Positions 9,455-19,699 of a stretch of DNA of 63,961 nucleotides are shown here, in pieces (the first letter of the stretch is position 1; each line of letters starts with the position of its first letter). Both the position numbers and the translations under genes were made by a program. This stretch comes from Treponema sp. Its GTDB lineage: Bacteria; Spirochaetota; Spirochaetia; Treponematales; Treponemataceae. The stretch covers positions 1 to 63,961 of the forward strand of contig JAILKG010000057.1 of assembly GCA_024693915.1 (NCBI GenBank), given 5' to 3'. The notes beneath the pieces were generated by a model. The model was not told the DNA's origin and did not search any database. It saw only the letters and a program-made list of their open reading frames with translations.

Positions 9455-11170
9455 TTAATATCCGTCGCTCATTGCGCGGTTCTGGTCTTTGATACAAAGT
9501 TCTTGATAAACAAGACTTCGCTTTTTAAGCTCCTGCTTGCGCTCCTCCGGGAAAGGCATATTTCGCCAGAAAATACCGCGAACATCCTTGTCCAGACGCT
9601 GAACGCCTTCAGATTCCTTGGTCATCCACAGAACATAATCTTCAATAAAGTAGGCCTTAAGATCTCCCTTTAACTTCATGTGTTCGATATGCTGGTAGTA
9701 CTGGCCGGTAAGACCTTCCTCCATCCAATAGTAGGAAGCCTTTTCCTTTGCAACCTGCCATCTTAAGTCGGCAACAGCGGTAAGAACAGCAATCTTCAAA
9801 TCACGGGGATACATTGGTACAACGATTCGTCCCCGGCTGGTAACGCGGTTATAGCGGTCAAAAGGTTCCCAGCAGAAGCCACGGTCTCCGTAAGTAGGAA
9901 TCAAAAGCACATAAGGCGGAATTCTGTTAGGAATATTTTTGTGAACACGGCAGAAAGCACCCGGATCCCGCTCTTCTACCCAGCGAAGCAGGTCTACAAC
10001 ATTTTCACGGGTCCCTGTTCCCCGCTCTGTACAATGGAAAAATTCCCTGGTAAAAAGAGGGAACTGGTTTCCCTGACGACCAACGGTCATCTTTGCCATC
10101 TGGCGGATTGTGTCAAATTCAGTATTGATTGCATCCTGATTAGCGGAAACGGAAACTACAGCTTCTCCACCGGCAGAAAGCTTGTTTTCAACGTTTTCGT
10201 AGATTCCCTTAGCGTCCTTGTATTCTGCAAGTGCCTTTCCCAGCTCCTTGTTGTTCTTGGAAAGGCGGTGAAGCCTGTCGGAAATCTGGGCAAAAAGCTT
10301 AAGCTGGGTTTCAGAATAGTCGCAGAGATGAGGTTCAAGACCGATTGCCGTATTGTGCTGGCACAAGTCCTCAATCATTCCCTGAAGTTCCCTTTCTAAA
10401 GTGTTTCGCTCGTTTTCCTTGATATTCAGAAGGTTTTCTGCACTCTGAAGCTTACCTGAGTTTTTAGACTGCAGCTGCTGAAGCCTTGACTGTTCCATCA
10501 TCGCCGCTTCTTCTACAGAAGCCGCCTTGTGAGGAGTGCGTTTTTCGTCCGTCATGGAATTGTTCATTCTGCCGGAAGCGATTTCGTTCAGCCATTCGTC
10601 CAGGTACATTACCGGAAGGTATTTTTTATTTTCTACTATTATCTTAGAAAAGAATTCCTTTTGTTCTGCCCGGAAAAGCGATGGCAAAAGAATTCCAAAC
10701 CTTGCCATCATTTTTTTTGGCATTGGCACATTAGGATTTGCAAGTTTTGGCGCCATTCCCCTGAGCAGTTCCCAGTATGCAGAAATGATGTTCTGTCTGT
10801 AGACAGCCCTGTCCTTTGGATCCTGACAGGTTAGGTATTTAGAAAGCACCTGATGCACGCGCTGGGCCGAAGAATTTTCTCCGGTAAGGACAGATTTATA
10901 ATATCCCGGATCGTCAAAAACTTTGGAAGGTTCATCGTTGGTAAACTTTTCAACAGGCTCAAACTCTTTTACACTTAAATCAACTGTGTGAATGGATTTT
11001 GCGCCCGAAGCAGAAAAAGCGGGCTTAGTCTCTGTTTTACCGGAAGAAGCAGAACCATTATCAGAAAGACGACCGCCTGTAGGAACTTTTATGGGCTCTG
11101 TATCGGTTTCGTCTTCAATGTTATCAAGCAGGGCCGCAATTGAAGGGTCTATTTCAGAAAAATCGCTCAT
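9455..11170 (-). CDS. Hypothetical cytoplasmic protein with a central coiled coil and an aromatic-rich C-terminal domain
   Basis: The track ORF starts at 11266, but ATG 11170 (MSDFSEIDP) has a GGAG SD. No family recognised. Confidence 0.75.
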   Translation of the reverse strand: MSDFSEIDPSIAALLDNIEDETDTEPIKVPTGGRLSDNGSASSGKTETKPAFSASGAKSIHTVDLSVKEFEPVEKFTNDEPSKVFDDPGYYKSVLTGENSSAQRVHQVLSKYLTCQDPKDRAVYRQNIISAYWELLRGMAPKLANPNVPMPKKMMARFGILLPSLFRAEQKEFFSKIIVENKKYLPVMYLDEWLNEIASGRMNNSMTDEKRTPHKAASVEEAAMMEQSRLQQLQSKNSGKLQSAENLLNIKENERNTLERELQGMIEDLCQHNTAIGLEPHLCDYSETQLKLFAQISDRLHRLSKNNKELGKALAEYKDAKGIYENVENKLSAGGEAVVSVSANQDAINTEFDTIRQMAKMTVGRQGNQFPLFTREFFHCTERGTGTRENVVDLLRWVEERDPGAFCRVHKNIPNRIPPYVLLIPTYGDRGFCWEPFDRYNRVTSRGRIVVPMYPRDLKIAVLTAVADLRWQVAKEKASYYWMEEGLTGQYYQHIEHMKLKGDLKAYFIEDYVLWMTKESEGVQRLDKDVRGIFWRNMPFPEERKQELKKRSLVYQELCIKDQNRAMSDGY

Positions 11171-11529
11171 GGCAAACTCCAAACTAATAGTTCTTTTAAG
11201 TATAGCACGAAAAAGCAATATTTGAAATGAGTTTTTTTGACTTAGTAACCCCGCAAAAGCCTTCAAAAGGCTTATAACATTTTTTTACAAAGATTTTTCT
11301 TGCAATTTGAAAAAGCTGCCTTATACTGAAACTGCAAGCATAGTGACTCTAGAACTTTATAACTCAAAAATCGTGTTTTTAGGAAAAGATTATGGGAATC
11401 ACAAAAAGTTCTAAAGCGTCCAGCATCGTGGCCCGCATAATTAAAAAAAAGACCTTTAGCCGTATTTTTCAACTGCTTAACAAGCTTTGCATCTCTTAAA
11501 AACTATTTACTTTTATCCTCTTAGAAATT

Positions 11530-11555
11530 TTGCAGAAGAATGGGAACTTCTGCAA
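11530..11555. promoter_or_regulatory. Operator-like inverted repeat upstream of the amylase gene
   Basis: TTGCAGAAG-N8-CTTCTGCAA, ending 46 nt before the ATG. Confidence 0.35.
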
Positions 11556-11601
11556 TATATAAAAAAATTCGGAGATAGAAAAAATTTGGAGGAAAAAAGA
11601 G

Positions 11602-13218
11602 ATGAAAGTATTAAAAAAGGTACTTCCTTTCGTTGCAGCAGCATTAAGCGTTTCACTACTCATCTCATGTGCTGTGGATTCTGCAGAATCAGAATCAAAT
11701 GAGGAACTTAGAGATTTAAGTTCCGTTGCCTATGCAAGTTCCAGTGGAACTCCGCAGAACGGCACAATGATGCAGTACTTCCACTGGTACACACCTGCCG
11801 GCGGAAAACTATGGAACGAGGTTAAGAACAAATCTTCAAGCCTCTCAAACATGGGTATCACAGCCCTATGGCTTCCACCTGCTTACAAGGGAACCGGCGG
11901 CGGTTATGATGTAGGTTACGGCGTTTACGACATGTACGATCTGGGAGAATTCAACCAGAAAGGAAGTGTTGCAACAAAATACGGAACAAAAGATCAGTAT
12001 CTGGCTGCAATCAAAGCTGCACACAATGCAGGCCTCCAGATTTACGGTGATGTTGTATTCAACCACCGCGGCGGTGCAGACAACACAGAATGGGTTGATG
12101 CAGTTCGCGTTGCAAGCGACAACAGAAACTACGAATACGGCGGAAATACAAGAATCCAGGCATGGACAAACTTCACTTTCTCTGCCAGAAACAACAAATA
12201 TTCAAACTTCAAATGGCACTGGTACCACTTTGACGGTGTAGACTGGGCTCAGAACCTGAACGAATCAGCAATCTTCAAATTCCGCGGTGACGGAAAGAGC
12301 TGGGACTGGCAGGTTGACGGAGAAAACGGTAACTACGACTACCTTATGTATGCCGACCTTGACATGAACCACCCTGAAGTTGTTCAGGAACTCAAAAACT
12401 GGGCAAAATGGTATGTAAACTTCACAGGTGTAGACGGATTCCGAATGGATGCCGTTAAACACATCAAGTTCGACTTCTTTAACAACTGGCTTTCCTATGT
12501 AAGACAGCAGACAGGAAAAGAACTCTTTACTGTTGGTGAATACTGGAACTACGATGTAGGCAAGTTGAACAACTTCATCAATGCCAGTGGCGGATGTATG
12601 TCACTTTTCGACGCTCCAATGCACATGAACTTCTACAACGCTTCTTACGGAAACGGAAACTACGACATGGGTTCAATTTTGAACGGAACTCTTACAAAAT
12701 CAAACCCAATGAAGTCTGTAAGTATCGTAGAAAACCACGACACTCAGCCATGCCAGGCTCTTGAATCAACTGTAAACTGGTGGTTCAAACCTCTTGCTTA
12801 CGCAATCATCCTTCTGCGCCAGGAAGCATATCCTTGTGTATTCTACGCAGACCTTTATGGCGCAAGCTATTCTGACAAGGGCTACAACATCTACATGGCT
12901 CCAGTTAAAAACCTGGAAAAACTTATCAAGGCAAGAAAGCTCTACTCTTACGGTACACAGCACGACTACTTTGACAACAACAACATTGTAGGATGGACTC
13001 GTGAAGGTGTAAGCGACAGAAGCGGCTCTGGCTGTGCAGTTATCATGTCTGACAACGCAGGCGGAAGCAAGTGGATGTATGTTGGTAAAAAATGGGCAGG
13101 AAAGAAGTTCTACGACTATCTTGGAGTTCAGTACGACAAAGTTACTATCAACTCTGACGGTTGGGGACAGTTCTGGTGTGACGGCGGTTCAGTTTCAGTT
13201 TACGTTCCTGTAAACTAA
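11602..13218 (+). CDS. GH13 alpha-amylase (Bacillus liquefying type), predicted lipoprotein
   Basis: DVVFNH, GFRMDAVKH, EYW and VENHD conserved regions; signal peptide with LISC lipobox; SD GGAGG. Confidence 0.92.
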   Translation: MKVLKKVLPFVAAALSVSLLISCAVDSAESESNEELRDLSSVAYASSSGTPQNGTMMQYFHWYTPAGGKLWNEVKNKSSSLSNMGITALWLPPAYKGTGGGYDVGYGVYDMYDLGEFNQKGSVATKYGTKDQYLAAIKAAHNAGLQIYGDVVFNHRGGADNTEWVDAVRVASDNRNYEYGGNTRIQAWTNFTFSARNNKYSNFKWHWYHFDGVDWAQNLNESAIFKFRGDGKSWDWQVDGENGNYDYLMYADLDMNHPEVVQELKNWAKWYVNFTGVDGFRMDAVKHIKFDFFNNWLSYVRQQTGKELFTVGEYWNYDVGKLNNFINASGGCMSLFDAPMHMNFYNASYGNGNYDMGSILNGTLTKSNPMKSVSIVENHDTQPCQALESTVNWWFKPLAYAIILLRQEAYPCVFYADLYGASYSDKGYNIYMAPVKNLEKLIKARKLYSYGTQHDYFDNNNIVGWTREGVSDRSGSGCAVIMSDNAGGSKWMYVGKKWAGKKFYDYLGVQYDKVTINSDGWGQFWCDGGSVSVYVPVN

Positions 13219-13243
13219 AATTTGAGTTTTTCAAGATATTAAT

Positions 13244-13496
13244 CAAAGGGTAGCAAAAAAAGAGGGGCGCCTGCCCCTCGCTCCCAAGCCAGTCGCTCTG
13301 GGAAAGGGCCTTTCACTTCCCTTTCCCGCCACTCCCGGCTTGTCCGCTACCCCCTCTAGCGGGGGTTGTAAATCCCCATAAATCTGTAAGTTTTGGCCAG
13401 CTGTCGAAAACGCCAGCAGGTCAAAACTTATTTTTTTTTTAAAGAAAGTGTTCTTCCTCAAAAGAGCCTGTCCGGCCACCCCCGCATCGCCCCCGG
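13244..13496 (-). repeat. G-tract structured repeat family B, copy B1
   Basis: Minus strand: GGGGGCGATGCGGGGGT...ACCCCCGCTAGAGGGGGTAGCGGACAAG...GGGAGCGAGGGGCAGGCGCCCCTC; closely matches 33244-33397. Confidence 0.85.
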
Positions 13497-13577
13497 CCTT
13501 TCCTGTCCAACAAAGCTTATGGTTAGCTCAGCAAGTGCACAAATCTAAAAGCCAAGTTCGTGCTTACAGGCTAAAGC

Positions 13578-14768
13578 CTATTTTACAAAGAGGGCTGAAA
13601 GCTTTGCAATTATATCTGCGCCACCCACAAATGTTCCAATTGAACTTCCAATAGAAGAAAGGAAGAATACTAAAAGAACTTTTAAAATTCGGTTTTTGTA
13701 AAAGCCCTTAAGGCTTCCTGCATCATCAGACAGGTTTTCCAGATCCTGCACCTTTGGACGGCGGATAAGGGCCTGAAGAATTCCCGTTACAATACCCACT
13801 CCCACCAGAGGGCAAAGAGAAGTAATAGGTGCCGCTATAAAAGAAATCAAAATGGTCAAAGGATGGGCAGCGGCAATTATTGAACCGATTGCGCTCAAAG
13901 CACCGTTCCACAAAATCCAGGAAAGGGCCATTTCACCACCCTTTGCCTTTCCGCCAAAGTAAAAACCGGCTCCGATTGCAAGAATGATTATGGCAGGAAT
14001 TACCCAGCCTAAAATTTTTGCTCCCGCTTTTTTTGGAGGAATCACTTCAATTGTGCTTGTATCAGAAGTCTCTTCAGAAGCTGCAATTTTTTCAAGATGA
14101 GCCTGAACTCCCGGAAGATGACCGGCACCTAAAACCGCAAGAATTTTATCTCCCTTTGCTTCCCAGATTTTTGAAGCAAGGTATTTATCCCGCTCGTCAA
14201 TTAAAACTTCCTTTACCACCGGAAGATATTCAGAAAGCTCTGTCATCATGGAATCCATTTCAGAGCGGTCCTTCAATTCTTCAATCTGATCTTCAGAAAT
14301 TTCTTCCTTGCTGAAAGCACTGGCTAAAAGGGCTGAAATCAGCTTGATTTTTCCCCAGAAGGAGTTTTTTGCCCAGGCACGGCGCAGTGTCACCTGTATC
14401 GGGCGGTCAACCATTACGCAGGAAATATTTTCTTCCTGGCTTGCATTGATTGCAGCCAGCATTTCGTCCCCGGGTTTTACACCAACATTGTTTCCCATTC
14501 TTTTCTGAAAAGAAGCCAGAACAAGATTGGCCAAAAGTAAAAAGCCTTCATTTCTCTTTAAAACCTTGATTATGTCCAGCTGGGCATAACGCTCAGGATT
14601 TTTTATTGCTTCACATCTTTTTTCATCAAGTTCAACGCAAACCGCATCCGGTTTTACGCTTTTAACGGCTTCTGTAACTTCTTTTACACTTTCTTCAGAA
14701 ACGTGGGCCGTTCCCAAAAGCATAATTTCCCTGCCGCCTAAATTTAACTGAACCTGTGTTTCTTTCAT
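13578..14768 (-). CDS. TraB/PrgY-family membrane protein
   Basis: GTAHVS, VELD, ERD and GAGH motifs; C-terminal TM helices. Confidence 0.88.
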   Translation of the reverse strand: MKETQVQLNLGGREIMLLGTAHVSEESVKEVTEAVKSVKPDAVCVELDEKRCEAIKNPERYAQLDIIKVLKRNEGFLLLANLVLASFQKRMGNNVGVKPGDEMLAAINASQEENISCVMVDRPIQVTLRRAWAKNSFWGKIKLISALLASAFSKEEISEDQIEELKDRSEMDSMMTELSEYLPVVKEVLIDERDKYLASKIWEAKGDKILAVLGAGHLPGVQAHLEKIAASEETSDTSTIEVIPPKKAGAKILGWVIPAIIILAIGAGFYFGGKAKGGEMALSWILWNGALSAIGSIIAAAHPLTILISFIAAPITSLCPLVGVGIVTGILQALIRRPKVQDLENLSDDAGSLKGFYKNRILKVLLVFFLSSIGSSIGTFVGGADIIAKLSALFVK

Positions 14769-14856
14769 TTTTTATATTCCCCGTATAAATCCGGCAAAAA
14801 GCCGGAATCCATTTTTTTATTTCTGCTGGTAAAACAGACTGCAAAGTATAATTCTT

Positions 14857-16269
14857 TTACAGTTCTTTTTCTGCCCATTCTGCAAGTCTATATTCAAAGA
14901 ACAAAGGTGTCTGCATTTTGGTTACTTTAGAATAATATTCCTTTGCAATTGCATCTGAACCTCTCATCTGATAAAAGAGGGCAAAATAGTAGAGCATCTT
15001 TCCTCTTTTTGTTTTGTCACTTTCCTTTTCAAGAGCTGCAGAAATTGTGTTTTCTGCATTTACCGGCCCCTGGTCGTGGTAAAGACGAATCATCTTGTAG
15101 TCCAGGCTTTCCTTGTTCATGTTTTTCATAACTGTCTGTGCAAGTTTTTTTGCCTCAAAATGATTGTTTTCCATAATATAAGTTGCCATTATCATCAGCT
15201 GATAGGCAGTCTGACTTTTAATGGAATTTGCCTTTGAAAAAGCTGCCCTTGCAACCGCCCAGTTTTTTTCGTGGAATTCAAGAATTCCTATTTCCTCATA
15301 GGCAAAGTAGTAGGCAGGGTTTGTTTTTACAACCATGTGATAATCCTGAAGAGCCTGCTTGAACTTATCCTGCTCGTCGTAAAGACCGGCCCGGTATGCA
15401 TAACCTAAAAAATAGTCAGGCTCAATCTGAATTGCCTTTGTCCAGGCTTTTTCTGCATCAGCATAGCGGCCTACATTCCTCAAATAACTTCCATAATCCA
15501 AAAAGAAATCATAGGTTTCCGGCTCAAGCTTTATTGCCTTTTCCACATAATCAATTGCAACTTTATAATTTTCGTCTTCGGCAGCCAGTTTTCCAAGGTA
15601 TGAAAGGGCTGTTGTATCCTTGTTATCTATATCATACATTTTCTGGAAAGTATCTTTGGCGCTCTTAAAGTCGCCTGTATACCAGCACATCTTTCCATAA
15701 CCGTAGAGGGCATCGTGATTTTCAGGTTCGCTTATCAAGGCCCGTTTATAATTATTCAGGGCAAGCTTATATTTTTTCTTTAACTGCTGCTGATCCCCCA
15801 GAATGATATTGGCAGCGGCATTGTTAGGGTCGCTTGCCAAAAGCTGTTTAAGGGCAGCATTCTGAGCCTGGCTGTCTCCAGAAGCAAGGGCAATCTGGGC
15901 GCTTAACTCAAGAACTTCTTTATTAGAAGGATCGCTTGCCTTTAATTCGCCGGCAATTTCAGCCGCTTCTTTTGTTCTGTTTGCGGAAAGCAAAAGGGAG
16001 GCGTGAAGAATTTTCATCTCTGAATTATCTTTCAGTTCATCAGGAATGCTTGCAAAGTGGTCAATGGCACCTTCCAGATCTCCCTTTTCCAGAGCAGACT
16101 GAAGCTTTTCAACAAAAATAACATCCGGAGTCTTTTTTACTTCAACTTTTTTTTCTGTCTGGGGAGCCGGACTTTTTTCCCCGGATTCTGGAAGAGGCGT
16201 TGAAGCACAGGCTGAAATTGAAATGGAAAAGACCAGTATTGATACAAAAGCAAAAGAGCTGATTTTCAT
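14857..16269 (-). CDS. TPR-repeat lipoprotein
   Basis: Likely start ATG 16269 (SD GAGG); ISAC lipobox; many TPR repeats. Confidence 0.85.
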   Translation of the reverse strand: MKISSFAFVSILVFSISISACASTPLPESGEKSPAPQTEKKVEVKKTPDVIFVEKLQSALEKGDLEGAIDHFASIPDELKDNSEMKILHASLLLSANRTKEAAEIAGELKASDPSNKEVLELSAQIALASGDSQAQNAALKQLLASDPNNAAANIILGDQQQLKKKYKLALNNYKRALISEPENHDALYGYGKMCWYTGDFKSAKDTFQKMYDIDNKDTTALSYLGKLAAEDENYKVAIDYVEKAIKLEPETYDFFLDYGSYLRNVGRYADAEKAWTKAIQIEPDYFLGYAYRAGLYDEQDKFKQALQDYHMVVKTNPAYYFAYEEIGILEFHEKNWAVARAAFSKANSIKSQTAYQLMIMATYIMENNHFEAKKLAQTVMKNMNKESLDYKMIRLYHDQGPVNAENTISAALEKESDKTKRGKMLYYFALFYQMRGSDAIAKEYYSKVTKMQTPLFFEYRLAEWAEKEL

Positions 16270-16301
16270 TCTATTAATCCTCGTATTAATTCTGCAGATA
16301 G

Positions 16302-16330
16302 TTGAAATTCCTTGTTTCATTGATTAAACT
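16302..16330 (+). promoter_or_regulatory. sigma70 promoter, predicted leaderless
   Basis: TTGAAA-N17-TAAACT-N7-ATG (16338). Confidence 0.6.
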
Positions 16331-16337
16331 TACAGAG

Positions 16338-18167
16338 ATGTTTACCAAAGTATTAAGAAAATCATTGATTCTGCTGGCTTTTTACGCCATTTTTATCATC
16401 GGCATATTCGTTCTTCAGTTTAAGAACTCTTCGATTATATCAGAAAAACTCGGCAATCTCCATATAACCCTGGTTGAATCTACAGAAGACAATCAGGCAA
16501 TTCACCTTAAAAATAAATTTACCACAAGTTTTAACGGCATTGCCCTTTCCACAAGCGATGAAAATTCTGTAAAAATTTCAAAAAACGGAAAAGAAATACC
16601 AGTAAGTCTGCGCTCATGGAAAAAAGAGTCTCCGGTTTCCTGCTCCTTTCTCTTTTCTGACAACCTGACCCTCAGATTCACCCTGAGCGATGAAAGTCCA
16701 AAGGCTCTTTTGAATGTAGAAGCAGTTTTTCCAAACAGTGTTAGCTATGTTTCAGTACCTTTTGCACTTACTGGTGGCGCAACCCTTTCCAGCCTGAACG
16801 ATAAAAAAATTCAGATTAATTCAAAAAAGAATACCTGGGAATTAAGCGCATCAGAAATTGAAGACGGCCGCCTGCACCTGAACCACAAAGAACCTGTAAT
16901 TTCTTACGCATATTTTGACAACACAAGAAGCTTTACTTTTGCAATGGCGGCTGCCCTGGAAAATGCAACCGAAACTGCATACTCAAAAACTGTTGAACTT
17001 TTGAAAGACCACCTGGTTCAGACTTTCAGTCAGATTTCCCCGGATTCAACTTCTGTTACAGAAATGGAAGCAGTTTCCTATGTTGCAGTTATGGCCAGCC
17101 GTGGAAAATATCAGGAGGGTATCGACAGCGTTCCTCAGAATTTCAAGAAAAACGGAAACAGAAGTTACCTTTCCGCTCCATATTTTAACAATCTTTCAAA
17201 GATGAACGAAAGCCTTATCCGCCAGATGCAGAAATTCAGTGACACAATAAATCTAGCCTGCGAAAACGGAAGTCTGGATGTATTCACCCTTAAAAACTTA
17301 AGCGACTACATGAGCATGCATCCGGGCTCATCATCTATTACAAAACTTTTGCAGAACACAGCAAGCAGAGATTTAAGCGACATAAGTATTATGCAGGCTG
17401 CAGGAATTCTTACCACCTATGTTGAGCTTGCAGAAAAAAATAAGAGCCTTGCAGAAATGTTAGAGCCGGCAACAAAGGCCTGTGTTCAGAAAATCGAGTC
17501 CAACTGTAATCTTGATGACAATACTGTAACCATAATTGAAAAAGGAACCTTCCTGCCAGTTGTAAACGCCGCCTATGCTGGAGACGCAATTCTACGCTAC
17601 GGGCGTCTTACAAACAACGCTGAATGCGTTGCCGGCGGCCGCCTGATAATCAATTCTTACTTAAAGAACAGCGATTCCTTTGATTCACGCTCACTTGCTG
17701 AGCTCTACCCTGTTATTGTTCACAATAATATTTACTATCCTCATTTTGTAATTATGGGCTTTGATAAGCTGGGAGCAGTCTGGGCTTGGACCTGCGCAGA
17801 AAAAGTTTCCTACACCAACGACAATGCAGGCACAATTACCCTCTTTGTTGACTTTATGCTTTCAAACAGCCATTACATGATTGTAAACGGAATCGAAGCC
17901 TTTAAGTCCATTTACATTTACGACATGGCCTTCCGCACAGACCCTCGCTTTGAAACCTACAATTCTTCAGGCTATGTATACCAGAAGGATTCAAATTCTC
18001 TGCTCTTAAAGAACCGCCACCGTTCACCAACAGAAATTATCCGCCTTTCTTACAGCGACAACTCTGCAGAAAAGGAAAAGCAGACTGAAAAAAGCGATTC
18101 TGCTTCAGGCGAAGCAGGCAGTGAAAAAAGCGAATCCACATCCGCCCCTGATGCAGCTGCGGAATAA
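16338..18167 (+). CDS. Hypothetical protein with an N-terminal membrane anchor
   Basis: Long ORF with one N-terminal TM helix; start moved to ATG 16338 on promoter geometry. Confidence 0.7.
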   Translation: MFTKVLRKSLILLAFYAIFIIGIFVLQFKNSSIISEKLGNLHITLVESTEDNQAIHLKNKFTTSFNGIALSTSDENSVKISKNGKEIPVSLRSWKKESPVSCSFLFSDNLTLRFTLSDESPKALLNVEAVFPNSVSYVSVPFALTGGATLSSLNDKKIQINSKKNTWELSASEIEDGRLHLNHKEPVISYAYFDNTRSFTFAMAAALENATETAYSKTVELLKDHLVQTFSQISPDSTSVTEMEAVSYVAVMASRGKYQEGIDSVPQNFKKNGNRSYLSAPYFNNLSKMNESLIRQMQKFSDTINLACENGSLDVFTLKNLSDYMSMHPGSSSITKLLQNTASRDLSDISIMQAAGILTTYVELAEKNKSLAEMLEPATKACVQKIESNCNLDDNTVTIIEKGTFLPVVNAAYAGDAILRYGRLTNNAECVAGGRLIINSYLKNSDSFDSRSLAELYPVIVHNNIYYPHFVIMGFDKLGAVWAWTCAEKVSYTNDNAGTITLFVDFMLSNSHYMIVNGIEAFKSIYIYDMAFRTDPRFETYNSSGYVYQKDSNSLLLKNRHRSPTEIIRLSYSDNSAEKEKQTEKSDSASGEAGSEKSESTSAPDAAAE

Positions 18168-18241
18168 TTTCAAAAAATCAGGCCATAAAGCCCCCTGTTT
18201 TTTTGTATCCTTTAACGCTTTTTTTTGTTAATCTAGAGTAT

Positions 18242-19699
18242 ATGAAAAAACATCGGAAAAAAATTGTACTTCTCTCTTTTGTATTATCCAGCACATGCTG
18301 GCTTTCCTTTAGCCAGCCTTCCCTTTCTGATTACCTTTCAAATGACCTTGAACTAAAAAGACTTTCTCTTGAACTAAAAAAAACAATACTTTCTTCAAAA
18401 AGCACAAAAATTGATAACGGAATAGACATTCAGCTTTCCACCGGAACTGCCACCTTCACTTTTAGCGAAGACGATTCCTATGTAAAATTTCAGCCCAGCG
18501 CAAAACTTGCCCTTCCACAGGCTTCAAACCTGGCTTTTACAACTTCAACAAAAATTACAAAATCCGGTCAGGAGGAAGACCAGACCCAGATAGATGATAC
18601 AAAATTCAGTCTTTCTGCTGACATAATTTCCGGCTCCCTTTTAACCAGAAAAATCAATCTTAAAAAAGCAGAGCGACAGGTTCTGGAAGCCAGGCGAAAG
18701 CTTCAGGATTACGCCCTTACCGCGGAAAACAACTACTACAAGCAGCTCAGAAGCCTTTTTGAAACTTCTTCCAGCATCATTTCCTCTCAAAAATCCATGT
18801 ACGACGACACAATCGATTTTGAGGAAATCAAGGCCAAAGGCTACGCAGAAAGTTCCACCAAATACAGGCAGGCCTTAATTGAGGTTCTTTCTGATAAACA
18901 CGATGTTGAAACAAAAGTTCACAAACTGGAAAGAGACTGCGCTATTTTTGCTTCAAAATGTAATATAGAATTTACTGAAGGAAGTCAGCCAAAAGATTTT
19001 CTACCCACAGAAATTCCCCTTGTAGAAGCTCTGGACATTCTTTCTTTTAAAAAAGAAGACCACAAAAAAATTGAAAGCGCCAGATGGAATCAGGAAATTG
19101 CAATACTAAACCGCAAGGCTGATAAAAATTTCAGTCTAAGCGCATCTGCAGGCTACACCATAAAAAATTCTGACACAAAATCCAGTACAGACAAGGAAAA
19201 AGAAGCCAGCGATACTGTGGACGCAGGCCTTCAGGCAACTTTTTCAGGAGTAACGGTGGGCGCAGGGGCTTCTATTCCCACAAATGGTGAAAATCCTGTT
19301 TACACACTCAGCGCTTCCTTGAACCCAAATTCTTTCAGAAAGCTTTCAATTAAAAAAAAGCAGAATCAGTTGAATCAGGAAGAAGAAGAAATTGAAATTT
19401 TAAACGCCCTGAACAGCTACGAAGAAGATGTTATCAGCAAAGAGAGAAGCCTGAACGACCTTTTGTGGACAAAAGAAACAAATACTGAAACCTATAAAAT
19501 GTACATCAAGCTGGAAGAAGACCAGAAGCGCCACCTGCAAAATGGAATAATTTCTGAAAGCGAATATTTAACAGCCCTTGCAAACCGGGAACTTTACAGA
19601 ATCAAACTTTTGATGAACGATATTGACCTGATAATATACAACAATGAAACTAAACTGCTCTTCTGCGGGGACGGAGAATTACAAAATGAAGAAAATTAA
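18242..19699 (+). CDS. TolC-like outer-membrane efflux protein
   Basis: Signal peptide; two helix/beta/helix repeats; first gene of the efflux operon; TGn-TAATCT-N7-ATG upstream. Confidence 0.7.
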   Translation: MKKHRKKIVLLSFVLSSTCWLSFSQPSLSDYLSNDLELKRLSLELKKTILSSKSTKIDNGIDIQLSTGTATFTFSEDDSYVKFQPSAKLALPQASNLAFTTSTKITKSGQEEDQTQIDDTKFSLSADIISGSLLTRKINLKKAERQVLEARRKLQDYALTAENNYYKQLRSLFETSSSIISSQKSMYDDTIDFEEIKAKGYAESSTKYRQALIEVLSDKHDVETKVHKLERDCAIFASKCNIEFTEGSQPKDFLPTEIPLVEALDILSFKKEDHKKIESARWNQEIAILNRKADKNFSLSASAGYTIKNSDTKSSTDKEKEASDTVDAGLQATFSGVTVGAGASIPTNGENPVYTLSASLNPNSFRKLSIKKKQNQLNQEEEEIEILNALNSYEEDVISKERSLNDLLWTKETNTETYKMYIKLEEDQKRHLQNGIISESEYLTALANRELYRIKLLMNDIDLIIYNNETKLLFCGDGELQNEEN

